A stretch of 64,000 bases of DNA, taken from NCBI GenBank assembly GCA_000708835.1, contig DF237339.1, positions 22,922 through 86,921 of the forward strand, written 5' to 3'. The DNA is from Klebsormidium nitens (taxonomy: Eukaryota; Plantae; Klebsormidiophyceae). Positions 39,122 through 51,399 of this stretch are shown here, piece after piece. The notes below the pieces were generated by a model. That model was not told the origin of the DNA, ran no database searches, and worked only from the letters and a program-made list of their open reading frames with translations. Within the stretch, counting starts at the first letter, position 1; the number at the start of each line of letters is the position of its first letter. Made by a program: the position numbers and the translations under genes.

Positions 39122-39878
39122 CACAAGCTACCTATGGTGGGTACCGGCCGAGTCGATTCCGACTCCGGCCGCCACAAAATCGATTTAGCGCGTATCGAAT
39201 ATCGTCAGTGTTACCGGCGGTTCGCGTCACGGCTACTCAGGTTTATGTTACTCGGGCGGTACAAATACTCAGAGAATTTTGCCGGGCCGTAAGTAAGTGT
39301 GAGGAGATTCTTAAACAGTGTCAGGTTTTACACTTTGAGAAGGCATCAAATTGGCACGCAAAGAAGAGCCATATGCAGGCTTATAAAAACCTCTGACAAG
39401 CAGAAAAAAATGTTGGGAGAGCGTCATGAAGGCTCCTTCGAAGCTCCAACATCTTGTTATGTTGAGGACAAATCGGAAGAAGCACCATCGTGGCTGCAAA
39501 TGGCCGCCATTGCTTGCTTCTAAAAAGCGCCATTCCCTACACTCCCGTTTCCATCTTCTGCACTCTCCTTTCAAGTTAGGTACCGCGGTACTCTAGGGTG
39601 GTTCGAGTCGGAACTTCCGATCGAAACCATGATTTTCAAATTTCACGTACGGTCAGACTTGATCGGTACCGTACCGCCGGAAACTCCGGAAATTTCTGAC
39701 GACCGGATTGTCAGACAGATTCTAATTTATGAACTCGGACCGGATTCTCAAGTACCGGTCTGCACGGTCGTCAGTACCGCGTACAGTAATTGTCGCGACT
39801 CGACACACCGGTGATTCAAATTTGTGACCGGATCGTCGCGCGATCGAGACCGCCGATACCCACCATAGGTTGCTTGTG
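39122..39878. mobile_element. Non-autonomous CMC/CACTA(EnSpm)-type DNA transposon (MITE), 757 bp
   Basis: 27-bp terminal inverted repeats: CACAAGCTACCTATGGTGGGTACCGGC (39122-39148) versus the reverse complement of 39852-39878, CACAAGCAACCTATGGTGGGTATCGGC (2 mismatches). Termini fit CMCWR. GT flanks both ends (candidate 2-bp TSD). Subterminal regions are rich in short TACCG/GATCG repeats. No transposase ORF. Confidence 0.8.
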
Positions 39879-40275
39879 GTCGGATGATCGGAATATTACT
39901 GCAATGCATGTCATGCATGGGCCCCGCGGCGCACTAAGTTGACAGACTAGCTTGCACATGCGCGCTTATATAACATATTGCTTAAGATCCATGGCATGCG
40001 CAGCTAAATCGAGTCACGTGCATGTGGTGATCATCTCTTTGTGTGTAAAACGGAGCCGCAAGCATGCGTGGCTTTCACTTTCATTACAAAAACCATCCTG
40101 CTTCGAACATCGTAGCGGTCTGCAGAAGCTAGCAGCTTTAGAAGAGAGACTACTGTGCAAGGGTCAATTGGTAAACCTGAGTAGCAGACTTCAACATGTC
40201 AGCAAGCTTTGACGCAGTGGCCATGTCACCTCGTAAGTTTAAGATACCTATATTGCCAATCATACGTTTCTAGAG

Positions 40276-43200
40276 TCAACGATAAATATCATCCGACGAA
40301 CCGATGGGCTCACTCCGCTCCGGGCTTTCTTTCAACCGGTCCATGATTCGCGCCTGCAACTTCTGTATCTCGGCGTGCAAATCCTTTGCGCTGTCGTCAC
40401 TGTCCGAATGACTTCCAGAACCCCTTCTCTCCCCTCCCAATCCCGCTTCTAACCCGACCTCGGAAGCAGGCCCCTTGAAAAACTGCGCAATACCATCTTT
40501 CGACCTTCCTTCAGCTTCTTGACTTCTCCTCAGAATTGGCTGCGTGAAAGTTCGTTTGGGGGAGATTTCCCTCCGGGCTGCTTGCGGCGTCCACTGTGCA
40601 AAGCCGGCATGCTGTGCACCGGACGCCAGCGCCTGGCGAGTCCGCGGTTCCGGCGACCGGGAAGCGCCGTTTTCCTGCCTCGCAGTCGCCCAATTCCTGT
40701 GAACTGGACTGGTGTCCGGCTCTCCGTCTGACAGCGCACTTCGGACGCGGAGCTCGGGAGACGTGGCGCGCTGCTCTGTCGGCTGGCCGGTGTGAATGGG
40801 CCGCTGGGACGAAAGCCCCCGGTCCCGGGAGGGATCCCTCTCTGGAGACGCTCTCCTCACAAACGCGGGAGATCTATATGCACCGGCTTGCGCACTGACC
40901 GCCGGCACCTGACGCTTCTCTGGAGTGGGAGACGCAACCCCACCCGCCGCGCCCGGTTGCCTTGGCCCCGAGGCAATCGGATACGACGCATGAACAGTTC
41001 TCTTCTCGGGGGTGACAAACGGCGGCCCGGAACTCTGTACCGGGCCCCGCTCAGGGGAATGATTCGGGGACCGTGCTCTCGCCCCTCTTTCGTCGGTCTC
41101 GCCAACAGTCGAGCCCGCTTGCCGCGCGCTTCCCGGCATTCCCGTAAAAGCAATTCCGTTTCCGGGGCGTCCATTCTGCTCCGCAGCGAACCCCACAAAC
41201 CCGTTTGCCGTCGTGGGCGCCGCTTGGGCGTCGGGCGCGTGCTGCGAGGGTTCCGGCGAGCGGTGAACAGACTCGCGCGCGCGCGCAGGGGGAGGCGAGC
41301 GCGCGCGCGCGTGCAGCGCGCTGATGAAGGCGTCCGCCTTGGACTGCTCGCGCTCGCGCAGCAGGCGCACCTCGTACTCGAGCTTGCGCACCTGCGCGCT
41401 GCGACGCTCGACGGCGATGCGCAGCTCCTGGGTCTCAATCTGGTGCTTCTGGGCCTGCATGGGGGGTCAAAATACGTGGGCGATTAAGGGGGGTCCGGAG
41501 AAACGACGCGTAGGACTGAGTACGTCATAAACACGTTCTCGGGCCTCAAGCTGGTGCTTCTGAGCCTGCAGGGGGTTCCAAAATACCTGGGCGGTTCGGG
41601 GGGGGTCCGGAGAAAAGACGCGTAGAATCGACTCAAGAACACGTTTTCGGGTCTCGATCTGGTGCTTCTGGGCTTGCATGGGGGGACAGACTACCTGAGT
41701 GATTAGAGGGGGTCGGAGAAAAGACGCGTAGGATCGAGTCATAGACTGTTCTCGGGTTTTGATCTGGTGCTTCTGGGCCTGCAGGGGGGGACAGAATACC
41801 TGGGTGATTAGAGGGGGTCGGGAAAAAGACGCGTATATCTGATTCATGAACATGTTCTCGGTTCTTGATCTGGTGCTTCTGGGCCTGCATGAGGGACAGA
41901 ATACTTGGGCGATTAGAGGGGGTTGAAGAGAAGACGCGTAGGTTCGATCCAAGAACATGTTCTCGGCTCTCAATCTGGTGCTTCTGGGCCTGCAGGGTGG
42001 ACAGAATACCTGTGTAATTAGAGGTAGGTCGGAGGAAAAACGCGTAGATTCTCATGAACATGTTTTTGGGCCTCGATCTAATGCTTCTGGGCCTGGATGA
42101 GGGGACGGAATAACTGGGTGCTTAGGGGGTTTGGAGAAAAGACGCGTAGATTCGAATTATGAACATGTTCTCGGCTCTCAATCTGGTGCTTCTGGGCCTG
42201 CATGGGGGTTCCAGAATACCTGGGCGATCGGAGGGGTTCGGAGAAAAGACGCATAGACTCGATTTAGGATCATGTTCGGGGGTCTCGATCTAATTCTTGC
42301 CCTGCAGGGGGAAAACAGATTACTTGGGTGACTAGGGGGGTTGGAGAAAAGACACGTAGATTCGGTTCATGAACATGTTCTTGGGTCTCGATCTGATGCT
42401 TCTAAGCCTGCAGGGAGTAACAGAAATGCGAGTCGGGGGTTTGGGTTGAAGTGGTGACGAACAGACTTTGATTGATAAGCAAGTTCCCGGTTCTCAATTG
42501 GTGCTATCAAGGATCCCAGGGGAAAGATACGTGAGTGACCTTAGGGGGGTGGAAGTAAGAGAACCGCGGGTCTTGATTCAGTATTTGGGGCCTGCAGGGA
42601 GGATCGAAAAGCGAGTATTTGGAGAAGGAATTCAAGCAGATGGGTACCAAACAAAGCCCACCTCTCAAACGTTGTACGACTGGCTCAGTGTCGGGTCCCT
42701 AAAGGCAAAACACTCGAGCTGATTTCCACTGAAAACGCATTCCCACAACTGGCTCAGTGCCGGTTCCTTCAACGTAAAACATTCGAGCCGGTTCCCGCTG
42801 GGAGCGCATTCCCACCTCCTGCTGATACTGCCGCGCCTGCGCCTCCAGCTCGCGTATCCTGATTTCGCGCGCATCCACCGCGTCGCGCAGCGTCTGATTG
42901 GCCGCCGCCACCTTCCGCTGCATTTCTCCCAGGTCTAGTTCGCCCGCCTGCCGCTCGGCTTCCAGGGCCGCCACGTGGCGGTCCTTCTCGTCCAGCATTT
43001 GCCGCAGCGAGGCCGCGATCTCGAGCGCATTCGTCAGCTTCTCTTGAGAATTCGCCGCGGCCGCGTCTAGCCGTTCGGACGCCTCTTGAAGCGCCTGCGG
43101 ACAGGGCGGACAAACCTTCAGAGTCTAGAATTGTAAAGCTTCGGACGTCCTTTGGATCTGCACGCCTTGGGAAATTGTGATGTTGGCTTTGAACAAATGG

Positions 43201-46200
43201 CGCTTAGCAAACGCCTCCAATAAGCCGTTCGGACGCATCTTGAAGCGCCTGCGGACAGAGTGGGAAGGATCCTCAGATTGTGGCCTTGTAAAACTTCATT
43301 CTTCTAAATCTGAATGAACTGGCATTTTGGAGTGGGAACCTGTTATGTCGGCTTTTGAATAAAACCACGCTCAGATAAGCGGGGAAAGAGTTGGAGAGAA
43401 CTGCTCCACGTCTTCCATGACCCGTTTGAGACGAGATCAATCAGCGCTGCCTTAAATGGAAACACGACTGAGTCCATTATCTATCGATTTGCTAGTCTTC
43501 TGGCAGATGCCCACGCTTTATTGACGCTTACGACTTCGTAGCCCTTCCACCCCTCCCCTCTCTTCGGACACAGGCGGAGTTCAAAGGACTGAAAGGGGCG
43601 GGAAATGCACAAGACCGTTGTGGCTACCTTCTATCTTTCGACGTCAAAAGCTGGACATTGTAGATCCGCTGCTACTGAAAGGTCATGCCAGTCGAACCAT
43701 TCCATCCGGAAATCTGTCTTGTCTGCCCATCGCTAAACTTCGCAAACTGGACTTGGTCCAAAGGTCGGACGAATCGTGTCATCGGACGGCTGCGATACAA
43801 TCTAGCCGCCATAAATCCCCTGCGGTTCGCCCGGATGCTCACAGGCTTAAACTCAAGTAAGATAAGAATAAGCCAAGATAATACCAGTAAGCTCCGACTA
43901 ATACTAAAAGCCGGTAACCCAAACAGGTACCTGCTCCGCACCCACCCTAACCACCAAACTAACTCTACCCGTCCCAGTGCGGTTACCTCAAAAATTTCTC
44001 GGCTTATCATTTATTTTTGTTGAGTTAAATCTCACAGCGCTTACCTGTTCGCACGCTTCGAGCTGCGCCCCTTTCTCTTCCACTTCGCTTCTCAGCCCCT
44101 CCAGTTCTTTGCTTAAACCCTGAACCTCCAGCTGGTGCCGCACCTCCGCCGCCGTGTCTTCCTCGTTGCGCCCCGCAAGCGCGCGCTGCAGGGCCGCGAT
44201 CTCATCCTGGAGCGCGCGGGCACGCGAGCGCGCGTGGTCCGCGTCGGCGCGCAGGCTGCTCTCCAGGACCGCGCCGTCTTCCAGGGACCTGGATCAATGG
44301 TGTTCTTTCAGCCAGGGTTTCTTGTATTCATCGAGCAAGAAAAACCCACCTTTCGGAGTCGAGCAAGGACATGAAGGGCGCGATCTTTTGTCGAGTAGTT
44401 ACAGACATCATAGAAGCAGTGTCGCTGTCAGAACAGAGATGATATTGCCACTTGTTACTGGAGCGTCCATAAAATCTGTCCACAGTCGCCGCTGTAGAAT
44501 TCTGCGCGTCTTAAGTAAACCGGAACCACTCAACGTGCACGATTCTGGCTGCGCCCAATTTTAGAAAAGGTGCCTTGGCCCACACCAACGTCCCGGTTTG
44601 CTCCGACCAGATGCGTGCAGCAGAGACAACCACAGTTCGAACTTTTCATGCCAGACTCTAAACTTTTCATTTTGACGGAAACAGTAGCGGGCTGCTTCTG
44701 GGTCCTCTGCAGGCTTGTACTTGGCGTCAAACCAAGCAACCTTCAGTTCAGCTTCGAAACCTCTTGGACTCCGGGACCGCATGCAGTTTTGCCCTAGTGC
44801 TTTTTTCTCAGCACAATGTGAAGCTCGACCCTGTCGGTACGTACCGCTGGAGGTCCTCGTTCTTGTCACGCTGCTCCTTAATAACGCTCTGCAGCTGCGC
44901 GAACTCCGTCGAGAGCGCGTGCAGGCGGTCGATGAGCTGCAAGTTCTCCAAATCGACGGCGGAGATGCGAGCGGCCTGCTCCTCGCACTTGGCCTGCAAC
45001 AAAAGAGGGACAGTTGGAAAGCTGAGCAAAGCGTCTCTTATCTTTGACGCGAAGCGACCTTGACTGATATATCCCGGATGGTTTCTCATTGCAGAGGTCT
45101 GAGAGCTTTGGCTAATGTGCTGCTCAGTCCTCTGTGGGATGGCCCGACCGATGAAGAGGTGAACTGCACGCTGGCCGTTCAGATCCATAAATCAGCTTTG
45201 CATTGTTTCAGAACTACGTGATAAGATGAAGAGGACCATTCAATTCGAAGCGCAGGCTCTAACCAACACGTTACCCAACTACAGCACACTTTTCTTGACG
45301 AAGAGAGAGGAACGGAGCCGTTCAGAAGCCCGCTCCGTGGCATCAACCACGCGCACTATTTCCTCTCGACCATTTTCAGCCGTTGATCTCCTCACCTGGC
45401 TCTCCACGTACTCGTTGTGCACCGTCAGATGCACGTCCCGCAGCCCCTCGTACACGGACATGCGCCACGCCACAAAGAACCGCCGCGCGATGCCCCGTTC
45501 TCTCCTCTCCCTCAGAAGCTGCTCCACTCTCCGCCTCTGCCGCTTCACAACACAAACCTCCCACCATTCCTCCAGCGCGCAACGCAACGCTCGTTTTTCC
45601 CGTCGCCGCGCATGCGCGCTCGCGCGCTTTTCCAAAACGCTCTTGACCAAGCACTGCCGGTGGTAGTCTTTCCAGCGGGCCAGGAACGAACGCAGCAGCG
45701 CGCGCTGCCCGTCCCGGACCGCGCGCTTCTCGGCGCGCGAAACCTCCAAACCCTGGCGCCAGGCCGCCCACGCCGCCGCCCGAAGCGCGCTCAGATAGTG
45801 CGCGAACGCGCGCGTGTTGGCAGCGCGCGCGCGCTTCTTGCGCGCCACAACGTTAACCCACGCTTTCATGCAGACCCTGGTCAGGACCACCGCTCGTAAG
45901 CGGTTCCCTTTCTTCCGGGCTTCTCTTTCCGCTCGAATCTCCAACAGAGCATCGTGCCACCGGCGGAATTGGTGGTCCAAGAAGCACCGCTCGGCCAACG
46001 CCTGCCTGCCACGTGTCTCCACCTTGTGCTGCCGGTACTCGAACCACGCCTCAAACCCGCGCTGGGTTAAGCTCCGGTTAGCCATCTTAACCGCGGTCGC
46101 TTTCCGCTCCGATTTCAAGACCTTCGCATCCACCCCGTCTTCCCAAGCCCTAAACGCACGCCGCAGAAGCGACCGCCGGTTCTGCGCGTTCGCTCGAGAT

Positions 46201-49200
46201 ATTCTTGCCGCACGTGGCCTTGCCACGTCATCCACCCAGTCCACCCACGCCCAAAGCGCTCTCCTTCGTACCGCCGTCTCGTAGTGTAAATCGGCCCCCA
46301 GCCCGAGTGCTTCTTCCTCTTGGAGACTCAGCCGGCCTTTTCCCACCTCCCGCCGCCACGCCCGGAGCACCCGCCGGCAGACTCGGCTCATTTGGAACCG
46401 CTCGGCGGTGACCCCTCTCGCGCGCGCGGCACGCGCGGCCGCGACCCGCGCCCGCCACGTGGCAACTCCGCGCGTCAATATCTCGCGCCTCTGGGCGGCC
46501 AGAATGGAGCGTTGCCGGGCGCCGACCGAAACCTCGAGCCGCCAGAGCCGGAAGACTTCGCGCAGGTAAGCGCTCCGCCGCCGACTCAGGATCGAGTTCA
46601 TTTTTCGAGAGCGTTTGGTTGCGAGAACCCAGGACCGGAAACCAACGCCGAGGGTGCGGCGGGCGGCGAAGTACGCGGCGGCACGCTTGTGCCGCTGGCG
46701 CCGTTTTTGAGTGGCAACGGCGGAGCGGAAGTGCGCGAACATGCGCCGCTGGAGCGCGGCTCGCCATCGCCGGTGCAGCAACTCCTCGTGTTGCTCCTGC
46801 AGCAACCGAAGTCGCTGTGAGGCTAAGCAAGTGCGAGCGCTTGAATAACTACTGACAAGAGAGGACCCTACATGAGTGGGGTCTTTCATTGAAGGGTATA
46901 CGCCATTGCTTCGTTTGCAATCGTCAAAACCACAGGTCTCGCAATCGGACCGACTCCTCTTGAATCCCAAGCTACAGTGGCGAAGACCCGTCAAACACAG
47001 AATTGCGACGACGACTTTTAAGCCCCTTTTCGTCCCAGTGCGACGATCAGAGCCCTGTTTCTGAAAAGGCGAAAATTCGACATTGAACGCGCATTGAGAT
47101 TCACGCTGCTCCTCAAGGGCCTTCTGGGCTCCTCTACCTTACCAAAGTCGTCATCCCTGCTGACCTTGAAAGCGACGTGGCTTACCTTTTCCAGTAGAGC
47201 CCGCAATTCCGTGCTGTACTCCTCGGCTTTCTGCTTCACGTACTGAGACTCGGCCGCGAGCCGCTCCACCTCGTTCTCCAGGTTGTCACGAACCGCCAAC
47301 ACGCTGTCCAACTCAACCTGCACCGTTCAGGCCACTTCTTGAGGGGTCACGACGAGCTTCGTTGGAAAGTTTCCGTTTTTCTAGACGTGTCGCGACGCAC
47401 CTGTTACCGAACTTTGATGCCAACCCTGGTAGCAAGTGGCGAGGCGGCAGCGCTTAGGTCGTTCCCGTCAACACCACCAAGAGAGCGCATGCGGCACGCA
47501 GGGACTGATCACCCGAATTCGCGTGGCTCATTACCTCGAGTGCACAATTGCAAGTTCAAGGGGTCACTGCAATCACTGAGCACTAGTTTCCAAGGCAAGA
47601 GTTCGGTTTCTCCATTCGAGTTCATTTTCAAGCGCCTCACTAAACCCCCACGCTCCTTCCGTTTACAACTGAAGACAGCCACCTCCTTGCTCTCGAACCC
47701 AAAACCAAACTCTAAAACAAAAGCCTTGGAGCTTCTCCCACCTTTAAAAGCTCCGCCTGCGCGGTCGCCTCCGCCTTGACCCTGACATCCTCGCTCATGT
47801 CCTCAATGCGTGCACGGAGCACCGTGCGTTCCGCCTCAAACTCTGCAACCCGCTTCTGCAACGCCGCCTCGATGTAGTGCTTTTCCCGTTCAAGACTCCC
47901 CGCCTTTTCCGCGAGCTTGGTGTGCTCTTCAAGGGTCCGGTCGAGGTCTTTTTGGAGGGTGGCGAGTTCCTCGTTCGCAAGGGCCGTGCTCTCACGGTTC
48001 TGGGACTGGTAGGCCGCCAGTCTGCAAAAGGAAAGGTTTGTGGCGGTTAGGCTTTGGCGTTAACCAGACGTGCTGCTTGAATCTTAACGTGTGGCCAATC
48101 TAGCCGACCGTACAACCCATCAATGCTAGAGCGTTTTGAACAATTTCACCTTGTTCGACAAGAAGGTATTCTGAAGCAGTCTTGTTGGCTGGTTTGTCCA
48201 CAATGAAGCCTCAACCATTTTGGTTGATGCAGGACCTTAGGCCAATAAACTGAGCTTGGCCGGCCAAAAGGAGAGCGCACTTTAACTCGACCCAGAGCTG
48301 CAACGGTGCATACCGTGTGGAAATGTCCGACACTTCCGTGACGGTCACTAGGTAAGGAGTATACACAGACAGCTGTACAGGTGGGAGGTGTTGCTTGCAA
48401 TTGCAAGTATGCCACTCGACAAACATCATGAGGTACGGCTTCTGCAGCCTACTGAAAGCCCTGATGCATCGATGTATGCCGTCAGAAACAATCTCGAAAT
48501 TAATACAATACTGAACCAGCTTCTACTCCTACTGACCTTTCTCGAAGCTGGGTGTTGAGCGACTGCAGCTTCCCCTCCCCTTCAATGTGCGCTTCCAACT
48601 CGACTTGCAACGCTGCCACCTGGCGCCTCAGCGTAGCGGCATCCGCAGCAGGGGGCGCCATCAGGCCTTCCGCCCTGAGCCTTGGTCCCCCCCTGGAACT
48701 GTCCCCACCTTCTCCCCCGCTCGGCGGCTTGGCCATCCCCCCGGTCTGATTCTGCTGGAACAACGGTTTGGCTGCTTTCGACGCTGGCGCCTCTAGCCTC
48801 GCGCGCTTACTGTTCTCCTTCTCTAAAATGCCTCCTTCTTCCCCAGCAACGGCATTGCCGTCTCCAATCCTTTTCTGGGGGCTCTGCCCCTGGCGCGAGC
48901 TACTCCCGCTCGGCAACCTCGGCGGTTTGGAAGGGGGGGGCATCCGAGCAGCCGCGAAACCCCCCCTGGCTTGCGATTCGTCTTCTTCTACAATCCCACC
49001 CCCATTGGATCTTCCACTAGACCCCTGCATTGCGCCTCGCTGATCTGCTTCCTTCAGGGGCTGCCGAGGGGTCATGTTTTTTGAGGGGGAGGGGACTCTG
49101 TGTCGGGGGGGTGATGTGAGCACCCCGCTAGCCGCGAGTCTTGCAAACAACTCTGCATCATCCGGGGAGGACTCCCGCTTGAAGGGGTGGGGAGCTGAGC

Positions 49201-50023
49201 GGGGCTGCTGGGGCTCATCGGTGTCGTCATCGGCCTAGTAAGGGAATCAGGACAGATTGACACATTGGCCATCGATAAGATAGTCAAACGGCGACAAATG
49301 GTGTGACCGACAATCCGTCTGAATATTAAGTGTTTGCTCTAGCTCAGAACAAAGAACAAAGAATGTGTACTGCAGAGTAGATACGGCACAAAGGACCGCT
49401 GAATGTTTTTGTGCATCAGGGGGCCGATGTCATTGTCAAAGGGGAAACCCGTACCAGAGCGATCATAGCAGGCCTGAATTCAGTGCTTCTAGGGAATACG
49501 GCTTCGATGAATCAATATCCAGCTTGCATCACTTCTAATGAAGGCTCAAAAGGTGCATTCTGCTCCTTGATGTGTCAGCCCTTAGCTTGAGCTTGATCCC
49601 ATTCGTGGAACCCTAATTGAGGGGATCTCAACATTGTCGCACCATCTTTGCAAGATGCCAGTTTTCTGCTTGCTAGAAGCAGATAGGCGATCTGTGAAGG
49701 CAGTCTAAAGAAGTAAGTACCCTGCAAAACACTTTTGATTCAGCAGCTCAAGCATATTTAGCAGACCGTTCAGGACCTAGGATATCACAAGCACACGGCC
49801 ATTTCCCACCATGCAGTGTGCTCCGAGCACTTACCCCCCTGCTCGTGACAACCTTCTTGAGTCCCTTCCCCTCATGCATCTGGCCATAGGTCGCTGGCAG
49901 AGTTTTCGCGACCATACCCCCATTTCTAGCAGGCTGCTTCTCCAAGGCGTGCTTCAAGCCCTGGGCCCTGATGTCCCTCATCAAGGCAGCATAATCCAAG
50001 GGTGCTGCACTTGACTTCCCCAT
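40276..50023 (-). CDS. Large coiled-coil protein with about 14 Sfi1-like centrin-binding repeats
   Basis: Nine phase-consistent exons: 50023-49835, 49234-48537, 48021-47742, 47317-47186, 46814-45396, 44993-44845, 44288-44045, 43094-42816, 41454-40276. Exon 5 has repeated A-x7-LL-x3-F-x2-W motifs (e.g. RANAQNRRSLLRRAFRAWED, TAVKMANRSLTQRGFEAWFE). Assignment of exon 1 is less certain. Confidence 0.7.
41437..42420 (-). repeat. Tandem array of ten ~105-bp units, each copying the 3' splice site and first ~30 nt of the last exon of the Sfi1-repeat gene
   Basis: Minus-strand acceptor positions 41455 (genuine), 41566, 41674 (AA, mutated), 41779, 41885, 41990, 42093, 42198, 42302, 42408. Spacings 111,108,105,106,105,103,105,104,106. 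Core CTAATCACCCAGGTATTCTGTCCCCCCTGCAG|GCCCAGAAGCACCAGATC. Confidence 0.95.
42679..42816 (-). repeat. 69-bp tandem duplication of the 5' splice site region of the same intron
   Basis: Two imperfect copies (42679-42747, 42748-42816). Both carry GTGGGAATGCG on the minus strand; GT starts at 42815 (genuine) and 42746 (copy). Confidence 0.85.
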
Positions 50024-51399
50024 CAGCCTCCCTTCTTCTCCAACATTCAGGGCTCTTTCTCCTCATCTACGATCTGTCCCTCATTGACGTATTGCTTACA
50101 ATCATCCACTCCAAGCGGCAGCGGCGCTAGAAACTACATTTCCCGCACGCGCATCATCCGTTAGCCAATACAGATTCAAGTGCATCTGAACTTCCTGACT
50201 ATGCCAGCGCATAAAGAAGAACATGCGTTTGAAAGAGACCTTTCGCTCACACGATTGCGCATCATCATGGAAGCGCCCGCCTCACGTTGATAAGATACAC
50301 AGGTTGCTGCATATGCATGTAACTTTGAACCCTAATCCTCTTTCAGCTACAAGGTGTGAGCCATCCTAGCCGTTGGTTGTAAAAGCGGTTGCTTATCGAC
50401 GGTACGTTCTAATTCACCGCAGGCTACGGACAGCACTGTGGAATGTACAGCGTAATTTTTGAACAGATGAAGACTTAGGGGCTATACCTATGTGGGGGCC
50501 CTCTTTGTTGCCATAGGCATGTGAGACACAGCTCTGCAGAGCAGATCCTCATGCTTGTGGGTAAGATAAGCGCAATCTGCATGAGAAGTACATTGAGGAT
50601 GTGTGTACAAAAGCCTTTGAAAAGGAAGCTGCAAGCAGTGTTGCATGTCTACATTGCCCGGCCCGGCCAGCTCGAAACGTAGCAGGAAGAGTAAGTAAGT
50701 GAGTTTGATGATCCTCCACATGTCCAAGGGGGAAATACATCGGATCGCTCTGCTGGGCCTCTAGCAACCTACTGACACTTCTAAGTACCCACCAAGGGGC
50801 CTGACAGATTCAGCCATGCAAAAATGACAGATGAGCAGAGAGGTTTGTACCTGGCCATCTGTGATGACACAGAGTCCGATGGCATGCAGATACATTGAAA
50901 TGTTGCAACTTATATTCAGTATCTGACGACACAGCAGGGGCGCTGGATGAGCAATGCAATGTACAAGGTTGTGAAAACGTCAGGAAAGGTTGCTTAGGAA
51001 AGCTTGGCCCGTTCTGAGCAAGAAGTGAGTAAGAGTGAGCGGCTAAAATGTGCCACATGGCAATGTGAGACGATCCTTGGATGGGCGCGATCGGAGTGAT
51101 AGCCCAAAACTTTTCGACAGGAACCTGTCCCTCAGTAAGCAACGCTAAAACCCCGCTAAAACGGACATAAGCTGTTGGCCTTAGCAGATCGAGTTGTCAG
51201 TCTCACAAGAAAACCCTTGCAGCATTGCTTTCACAGCAGCAACATAGAAAGCGGCAGCATTGCATCGAGCACGGGAAAGCACTTCTAGAGTCTTTGGGAG
51301 TCTACAAAATCGTTGGGGCCCTCGGCCGACGTTTAAGATGAGCCGTTGATGTTCACCTCCAGGAACTAGGGACGGGGGGTTTTCTAACTCGTCTCCAGG

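Noticed and set aside
39590-39625. GGTTCGAGTC T-loop-like motif suggesting a tRNA or SINE
   Set aside because: No cloverleaf or A-box can be formed, and it lies in the subterminal repeats of the MITE.
41467-42061. ORFs 41467-41973 and 41633-42061 as a repeat-protein gene
   Set aside because: They are read-throughs of the intronic repeat, with frames switching between units and intron-like codons.
41437-42420. The ~105-bp array as a CRISPR array
   Set aside because: Whole units are homologous with no unique spacers, the context is a eukaryotic intron, and there are no cas genes.
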